From assembly GCA_964016885.1 (NCBI GenBank), contig OZ024745.1:21328001-21392000 (forward strand): a DNA stretch of 64,000 bases. The letters run 5' to 3'. Position numbers and translations under genes: made by a program. The notes below the pieces were generated by a model. It did not search any database and was not told the DNA's origin. It saw nothing but the letters and a program-made list of their open reading frames with translations. Positions 55,801 through 64,000 of this stretch are shown in pieces. Every line of letters begins with the position of its first letter. Positions within the stretch are counted from its first letter, which is position 1. This stretch comes from Eledone cirrhosa. Lineage: Eukaryota.

Positions 55801-58800
55801 CGTCTGTTGTGAGGGTATTGACAAGACAGTATTTGACTAAAGGTCTGTTGTGAGGGTATTGACAAAACAGTATTTGACAACAGGTCTGTTGTGAGGGTAT
55901 TGACAAGACAGTATTTGACCAAAGGTCTGTTGTGAGGGTATTGACAAGATAGTATTTGACCATAGGTCTGTTGTGAGGGTATTGACAAGATAGTATTTGA
56001 CCATAGGTCTGTTGTGAGTGTATTGGCAAGACAGTATTTGACCATAGGTCTGTTGTGAGGGTATTGACAAGACAGTATCTGACCATAGATCTGTTGTGAC
56101 GGTATTGACAAGACAGTATTTGACCGTAGGTCTGTTGTGAGGGTATTGACAAGACGGTACTTGATCATAGGTCTGTTGTGAAGGTATTGACAACACAGTA
56201 CTTGATCATAGGTCTGTTGTGAGGGTATTGACAAGACAGTACTTGACTATAGGTCTGTTGTGAGGGTATTGACAATATAGTATTTGAACAAAGTTCTGTT
56301 GTGAGTTTATTGAAAAGACAGTATTTCACCATAGGTCTGTTGTGAGGATATTGACAAGACAGTATTTGACTAAAGGTCTGTAGTGAGGGTATTGACAAGA
56401 GAGTATTTGACCAAAGGTCTGTTGTGAGGGTATTGACAAGACAGTATTTGACCAAAGATCTGTTGTGAGCGTATTGACAAGACAGTACTTGACCACAGGT
56501 CTGTTGTGAGGGTATTGACAAGACAGTATTTGACCAAAGGTCTGTTGTGAGGGTATTGACAAGACAGTACTTGACCATACGTCTGTTGTGAGGTTATAGA
56601 TAAGACAATATTTGACCAAAGGTCTATTGTGAGGGTATTGACAAGACAGTACTTGACCATAGGTCTGTTGTGAGTGTATTGACAAGATAGTATTTGATAA
56701 TAGGTCAGTTGTGAGGGTATTGACAAGACAGTATTTGACCATAGGTCTGTTTTGACGGTATTGACAAGACAGTATTTGACCAAAGGTCTGTTGTGAGGGT
56801 ATTGACAAGACAGTATTTGACCATAGGTCTGTTGTGACGGTATTGACAAGACAGTATTTGACCAAAGGTCTGTTGTGAGGGTATTGACAAGACAGTATTT
56901 GACCAAAGGTCTGTTGTGAGGGTATTGACAAGAGAGTATTTGATCATAGGTCTGTTGTGAGGGTATTGACAAGACAGTATTTGATCATAGGTCTGTTGTG
57001 AGGGTATTGGCGAGACAGTATTTGACCAAAGCTCTGTTGTGAGGGTATTGACAAGACAGTATTTGACCAAAGGTCTGTTGTGAGGGTATTGACAAGACAG
57101 TATTTGACCAAAGGTCTGTTGTGAGGGTATTGACAAGACAGTATTTGATCATAGGTCTGTTGTGAGGGTATTGACAAGACAGTATTTGACCAAAGGTCTG
57201 TTGTGAGGGTATTGATAAGACAGTATTTGACCAAAGGTCTGTTGTGAGGGTATTGACAAGACAGTATTTGACCAAAGGTCTGTTGTGAGGGTATTGACAA
57301 GACAGTATTTGATCATAGGTCTGTTGTGAGGGTATTGACAAGACAGTATTTTACCAAAGGTCCGTTCTGAGGGTATTGGCAAGACAGTATTTGGCCATTG
57401 ATCTGTTGTGAGGGTATTGACAAGATAGTATTTGACCATAGGTCTGTTGTGAGGGTATTGACAAGACAGTACTTGACCATTGGTCTGTTGTGAGTGTATT
57501 GACAAGATAGTATTTGATAATAGGTCTGTTGTGAGGATATTGACAAGACAGTATTTGACCAAAGGTCCGTTCTGAGGGCATTGGCAAGACAGTATTTGGC
57601 CATTGATCTGTTGTGAGGGTATTGACAAGATAGTATTTGACCAAAGGTCAGTTGTGAGGGTATTGACAAGACAGTATTTGATCATAGGTCTGTTGTGAGG
57701 GTATTGACAAGACAGTATTTGATCATAGGTCTGTTGTGAGGGTATTGACGAGACAGTAGTTGACCAAAGCTCTGTTGTGAGGGTATTGAGAAGACAGTAT
57801 TTGACCAAAGATCTGTTGTGAGGGTATTGACAAGACAGTATTTGACCAAAGGTCAGTTGTGAGGGTATTGACAAGAGAGTATTTGATCATAGGTCTGTTG
57901 TGAGGGTATTGACAAGACAGTATTTGAGGTCTGTTGTGAGGGTATTGACAAGACAGTATTTGACCAAAAGTCTGTTGTGAGGGTATTCACAAGACAGTAT
58001 TTGACCAGACGTCTGTTGTGAGGGTATTGACAATACAGTATTTGACCATAGGTCTGTTGTGAGGGTATTGACAAGACAGTATTTGACCATAGGTCTGTTG
58101 TGAGGATATTGACAAGACAGTATTTGATTATAGGTCTGTTGTGAGGGTATTGACAAGATAGTATTTGACCATAGGTCTGTTGTGAGGGTATTGACAAGAC
58201 AGTATTTGACCAAAGTTCTGTTGTGAGGGTATTGAAAAGACATTACTTGATCATAGGTCTGTTGTGAGGGTATTGACAAGACAGTACTTGAAGGAAAGGT
58301 CTGTTCTGAGGGTATTGACAAGACAGTATTTGACCATAGGTCTCTTGTAAGGGTATTGACAAGACAGTAATTGACCAAAGGTCTGTTGTGAGGGTATTGA
58401 CAAGACAGTATTTGACCACAGGTCTGTTGTGAGCCTATTGACAAGACAGTACTTGACCATAGGTCTGTTGTGAGGGTATTGACAAGACAGTATTTGACCA
58501 AAGGTCTGTTGTGAGGGTATTGACAAAACAGTATCTGACAACAGGTCTGTTGTGAGGGTATTGACAAGACAGTATTTGACCAAAGGTCTGTTGTGAGGGT
58601 ATTGACAAGATAGTATTTGACCATAGGTCTGCTGTGAGGGCATTGACAAGATAGTATTTGACCACAGGTCTGTTGTGAGGGTATTGGCAAGACAGTATTT
58701 GACCATAGGTCTGTTGTGAGGGTATTGACAAGACAGTATTTGACCATAGATCTGTTGTGACGGTATTGACAAGACAGTATTTGACCGTAGGTCTGTTGTG

Positions 58801-61800
58801 AGCGTATTGACAAGATAGTATTTGACAATAGGTCTGTTGTGAGGGTATTGACACGATAGTATTTGACTAAAGTTCTGTTGTGAGGGTATTGACAAGACGG
58901 TACTTGATCATAGGTCTGTTGTGAGGGAATTGACAAGACAGTACTTGATCATAGGTCTGTTGTGAGGGTATTGACAAGACAGTACTTGACTATAGGTCTT
59001 TTGTGAGGGTATTGACAATATAGTATTTGAACAAAGGTCTGTTGTGAGGGTATTGAAAAGACAGTATTTCACCATAGGTCTGTTGTGAGGATATTGACAA
59101 GACAGTATTTGACTAAAGGTCTGTTGTGAGGGTATTGACAAGAGAGTATTTGACAAGAGGTCTGTTGTGAGGGTATTGACAAGACAGTATTTGACCAAAG
59201 ATCTGTTGTGAGCGTATTGACAAGACAGTACTTGACCACAGGTCTGTTGTGAGGGTAGTGACAAGACAGTATTTGACCAAAGGTCTGTTGTGAGGGTATT
59301 GACAAGACAGTACTTGACCATACGTCTGTTGTGAGGTTATAGATAAGACAGTATTTGACCAAAGGTCTGTTGTGAGGGTATTGACAAGACAGTACTTGAC
59401 CATAGGTCTGTTGTAAGGGTATTGACAAGACAGTATTTGACCAAAGGTCTGTGGTGAGGGTATTGACAAGACAGTATTTGACCACAGGTCTGTTGTGAGC
59501 CTATTGACAAGACAGTACTTGACCATACGTCTGTTGTGAGGGTATTGACAAGACAGTATTTGACTAAAGGTCTGTTGTGAGGGTATTGACAAAACAGTAT
59601 TTGACAACAGGTCTGTTGTGAGGGTATTGACAAGACAGTATTTGACCAAAGGTCTGTTGTGAGGGTATTGACAAGATAGTATTTGACCATAGGTCTGTTG
59701 TGAGGGTATTGACAAGATAGTATTTGACCATAGGTCTGTTGTGAGTGTATTGGCAAGACAGTATTTGATCATAGGTCTGTTGTGAGGGTATTGACAAGAC
59801 AGTATCTGACCATAGATCTGTTGTGACGGTATTGACAAGACAGTATTTGACCGTAGGTCTGTTGTGAGGGTATTGACAAGACGGTACTTGATCATAGGTC
59901 TGTTGTGAAGGTATTGACAACACAGTACTTGATCATAGGTCTGTTGTGAGGGTATTGACAAGACAGTACTTGACTATAGGTCTGTTGTGAGGGTATTGAC
60001 AATATAGTATTTGAACAAAGTTCTGTTGTGAGTTTATTGAAAAGACAGTATTTCACCATAGGTCTGTTGTGAGGATATTGACAAGACAGTATTTGACTAA
60101 AGGTCTGTAGTGAGGGTATTGACAAGAGAGTATTTGACCAAAGGTCTGTTGTGAGGGTATTGACAAGACAGTATTTGACCAAAGATCTGTTGTGAGCGTA
60201 TTGACAAGACAGTACTTGACCACAGGTCTGTTGTGAGGGTATTGACAAGACAGTATTTGACCAAAGGTCTGTTGTGAGGGTATTGACAAGACAGTACTTG
60301 ACCATACGTCTGTTGTGAGGTTATAGATAAGACAATATTTGACCAAAGGTCTATTGTGAGGGTATTGACAAGACAGTACTTGACCATAGGTCTGTTGTGA
60401 GTGTATTGACAAGATAGTATTTGATAATAGGTCAGTTGTGAGGGTATTGACAAGACAGTATTTGACCATAGGTCTGTTTTGACGGTATTGACAAGACAGT
60501 ATTTGACCAAAGGTCTGTTGTGAGGGTATTGACAAGACAGTATTTGACCATAGGTCTGTTGTGACGGTATTGACAAGACAGTATTTGACCAAAGGTCTGT
60601 TGTGAGGGTATTGACAAGACAGTATTTGACCAAAGGTCTGTTGTGAGGGTATTGACAAGAGAGTATTTGATCATAGGTCTGTTGTGAGGGTATTGACAAG
60701 ACAGTATTTGATCATAGGTCTGTTGTGAGGGTATTGGCGAGACAGTATTTGACCAAAGCTCTGTTGTGAGGGTATTGACAAGACAGTATTTGACCAAAGG
60801 TCTGTTGTGAGGGTATTGACAAGACAGTATTTGACCAAAGGTCTGTTGTGAGGGTATTGACAAGACAGTATTTGATCATAGGTCTGTTGTGAGGGTATTG
60901 ACAAGACAGTATTTGACCAAAGGTCTGTTGTGAGGGTATTGATAAGACAGTATTTGACCAAAGGTCTGTTGTGAGGGTATTGACAAGACAGTATTTGACC
61001 AAAGGTCTGTTGTGAGGCTATTGACAAGACAGTATTTGATCATAGGTCTGTTGTGAGGGTATTGACAAGACAGTATTTTACCAAAGGTCCGTTCTGAGGG
61101 TATTGGCAAGACAGTATTTGGCCATTGATCTGTTGTGAGGGTATTGACAAGATAGTATTTGACCATAGGTCTGTTGTGAGGGTATTGACAAGACAGTACT
61201 TGACCATTGGTCTGTTGTGAGTGTATTGACAAGATAGTATTTGATAATAGGTCTGTTGTGAGGATATTGACAAGACAGTATTTGACCAAAGGTCCGTTCT
61301 GAGGGCATTGGCAAGACAGTATTTGGCCATTGATCTGTTGTGAGGGTATTGACAAGATAGTATTTGACCAAAGGTCAGTTGTGAGGGTATTGACAAGACA
61401 GTATTTGATCATAGGTCTGTTGTGAGGGTATTGACAAGACAGTATTTGATCATAGGTCTGTTGTGAGGGTATTGACGAGACAGTAGTTGACCAAAGCTCT
61501 GTTGTGAGGGTATTGAGAAGACAGTATTTGACCAAAGATCTGTTGTGAGGGTATTGACAAGACAGTATTTGACCAAAGGTCAGTTGTGAGGGTATTGACA
61601 AGAGAGTATTTGATCATAGGTCTGTTGTGAGGGTATTGACAAGACAGTATTTGAGGTCTGTTGTGAGGGTATTGACAAGACAGTATTTGACCAAAAGTCT
61701 GTTGTGAGGGTATTCACAAGACAGTATTTGACCAGACGTCTGTTGTGAGGGTATTGACAATACAGTATTTGACCATAGGTCTGTTGTGAGGGTATTGACA

Positions 61801-64000
61801 AGACAGTATTTGACCATAGGTCTGTTGTGAGGATATTGACAAGACAGTATTTGATTATAGGTCTGTTGTGAGGGTATTGACAAGATAGTATTTGACCATA
61901 GGTCTGTTGTGAGGGTATTGACAAGACAGTATTTGACCAAAGTTCTGTTGTGAGGGTATTGAAAAGACATTACTTGATCATAGGTCTGTTGTGAGGGTAT
62001 TGACAAGACAGTACTTGAAGGAAAGGTCTGTTCTGAGGGTATTGACAAGACAGTATTTGACCATAGGTCTCTTGTAAGGGTATTGACAAGACAGTAATTG
62101 ACCAAAGGTCTGTTGTGAGGGTATTGACAAGACAGTATTTGACCACAGGTCTGTTGTGAGCCTATTGACAAGACAGTACTTGACCATAGGTCTGTTGTGA
62201 GGGTATTGACAAGACAGTATTTGACCAAAGGTCTGTTGTGAGGGTATTGACAAAACAGTATCTGACAACAGGTCTGTTGTGAGGGTATTGACAAGACAGT
62301 ATTTGACCAAAGGTCTGTTGTGAGGGTATTGACAAGATAGTATTTGACCATAGGTCTGCTGTGAGGGCATTGACAAGATAGTATTTGACCACAGGTCTGT
62401 TGTGAGGGTATTGGCAAGACAGTATTTGACCATAGGTCTGTTGTGAGGGTATTGACAAGACAGTATTTGACCATAGATCTGTTGTGACGGTATTGACAAG
62501 ACAGTATTTGACCGTAGGTCTGTTGTGAGCGTATTGACAAGATAGTATTTGACAATAGGTCTGTTGTGAGGGTATTGACACGATAGTATTTGACTAAAGT
62601 TCTGTTGTGAGGGTATTGACAAGACGGTACTTGATCATAGGTCTGTTGTGAGGGAATTGACAAGACAGTACTTGATCATAGGTCTGTTGTGAGGGTATTG
62701 ACAAGACAGTACTTGACTATAGGTCTTTTGTGAGGGTATTGACAATATAGTATTTGAACAAAGGTCTGTTGTGAGGGTATTGAAAAGACAGTATTTCACC
62801 ATAGGTCTGTTGTGAGGATATTGACAAGACAGTATTTGACTAAAGGTCTGTTGTGAGGGTATTGACAAGAGAGTATTTGACAAGAGGTCTGTTGTGAGGG
62901 TATTGACAAGACAGTATTTGACCAAAGATCTGTTGTGAGCGTATTGACAAGACAGTACTTGACCACAGGTCTGTTGTGAGGGTATTGACAAGACAGTATT
63001 TGACCAAAGGTCTGTTGTGAGGGTATTGACAAGACAGTACTTGACCATACGTCTGTTGTGAGGTTATAGATAAGACAGTATTTGACCAAAGGTCTGTTGT
63101 GAGGGTATTGACAAGACAGTACTTGACCATGGGTCTGTTGTGAGTGTATTGACAAGATAGTATTTGATAATAGGTCTGTTGTGAGGGTATTGACAAGACA
63201 GTATTTGACCAAAGGTCCGTTCTGAGGGTATTGGCAAGACAGTATTTGGCCATTGATCTGTTGTGAGGGTATTGACAAGATAGTATTTGACCATAGGTCA
63301 GTTGTGAGGGTATTGACAAGACAGTATTTGACCAAAGGTCTGTTGTGAGGGTATTGACAAGACAGTATTTGACCAAAGGTCTGTTGTGAGGGTATTGACA
63401 AGACAGTATTTGATCATAGGTCTGTTGTGAGGGTATTGACAAGATAGTATTTGACCATAGGTCAGTTGTGAGGGTATTGACAAGACAGTATTTGACCATA
63501 GGTCTGTTGTGAGGGTATTGACAAGACAGTATTTGACCAAAGGTCTGTTGTGAGGGTATTGACAAGACAGTATTTGACCAAAGGTCTGTTGTGAGGGTAT
63601 TGACAAGACAGTATTTGATCATAGGTCTGTTGTGAGGGTATTGACAAGACAGTATTTGATCATAGGTCTGTTGTGGGGGTATTGACGAGACAGTATTTGA
63701 CCAAAGCTCTGTTGTGAGGGTATTGACAAGACAATATTTGACCAAAGGTCTGTTGTGAGGGTATTGACAAGACAGTATTTGACCAAAGTCTGTTGTGAGG
63801 GTATTGACAAGAGAGTATTTGATCATAGGTCTGTTGTGAGAGTATTGACAAACAGTATTTGACCAAAGGTCTGTTGTGAGGGTATTGAGAAGACAGTATT
63901 TGACCAAAGGTCTGTTGTGTGGGTATTGACAAGACAGTACTTGACCATAGGTCTGTTGTGAGGGTATTGACAAGACAGTATTTGACCATAGGTCTGTTGT
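37868..64000. repeat. 41-bp satellite DNA array (>26 kb, about 635 monomers, runs off the window end) with higher-order duplications
   Basis: Consensus GGGTATTGACAAGACAGTATTTGACCATAGGTCTGTTGTGA, head-to-tail, one orientation, no spacers. Confidence 0.98.

Noticed and set aside
37824-63989. Long minus-strand ORFs as real CDSs
   Set aside because: They are translations of the 41-bp satellite; overlapping frames give the same peptide and stops arise from ordinary variants.
37868-64000. CRISPR array (repeat with a short palindrome)
   Set aside because: Monomers are contiguous with no unique spacers, there are no cas genes, and the context is eukaryotic.

Overview
Repeat-dominated animal genomic DNA with no recognisable host gene. 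The tRNA-derived SINE family and dense (TA)n/(CA)n microsatellites suggest an octopod cephalopod (inference). Bases 1-37.9 kb hold decayed transposons: a Tx1/L1 LINE plus two 3' fragments, Dong/R4 and CRE-type RLE retrotransposon fragments, a mariner remnant with derived MITEs, about 10 SINEs, a 5'-truncated Penelope-like element (PLE) bounded by (TA)n, and a non-autonomous Helitron nested in one arm of a foldback element. Bases ~37.87-64 kb are one 41-bp satellite array with higher-order duplications. The most notable hidden signals are minimal type-I hammerhead ribozyme motifs: two near-canonical copies at the outer ends of a ~1.84-kb inverted repeat (4308-6148), one at the 3' end of the PLE, and two degenerate ones. 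All calls were made by eye; no database search or folding was run.
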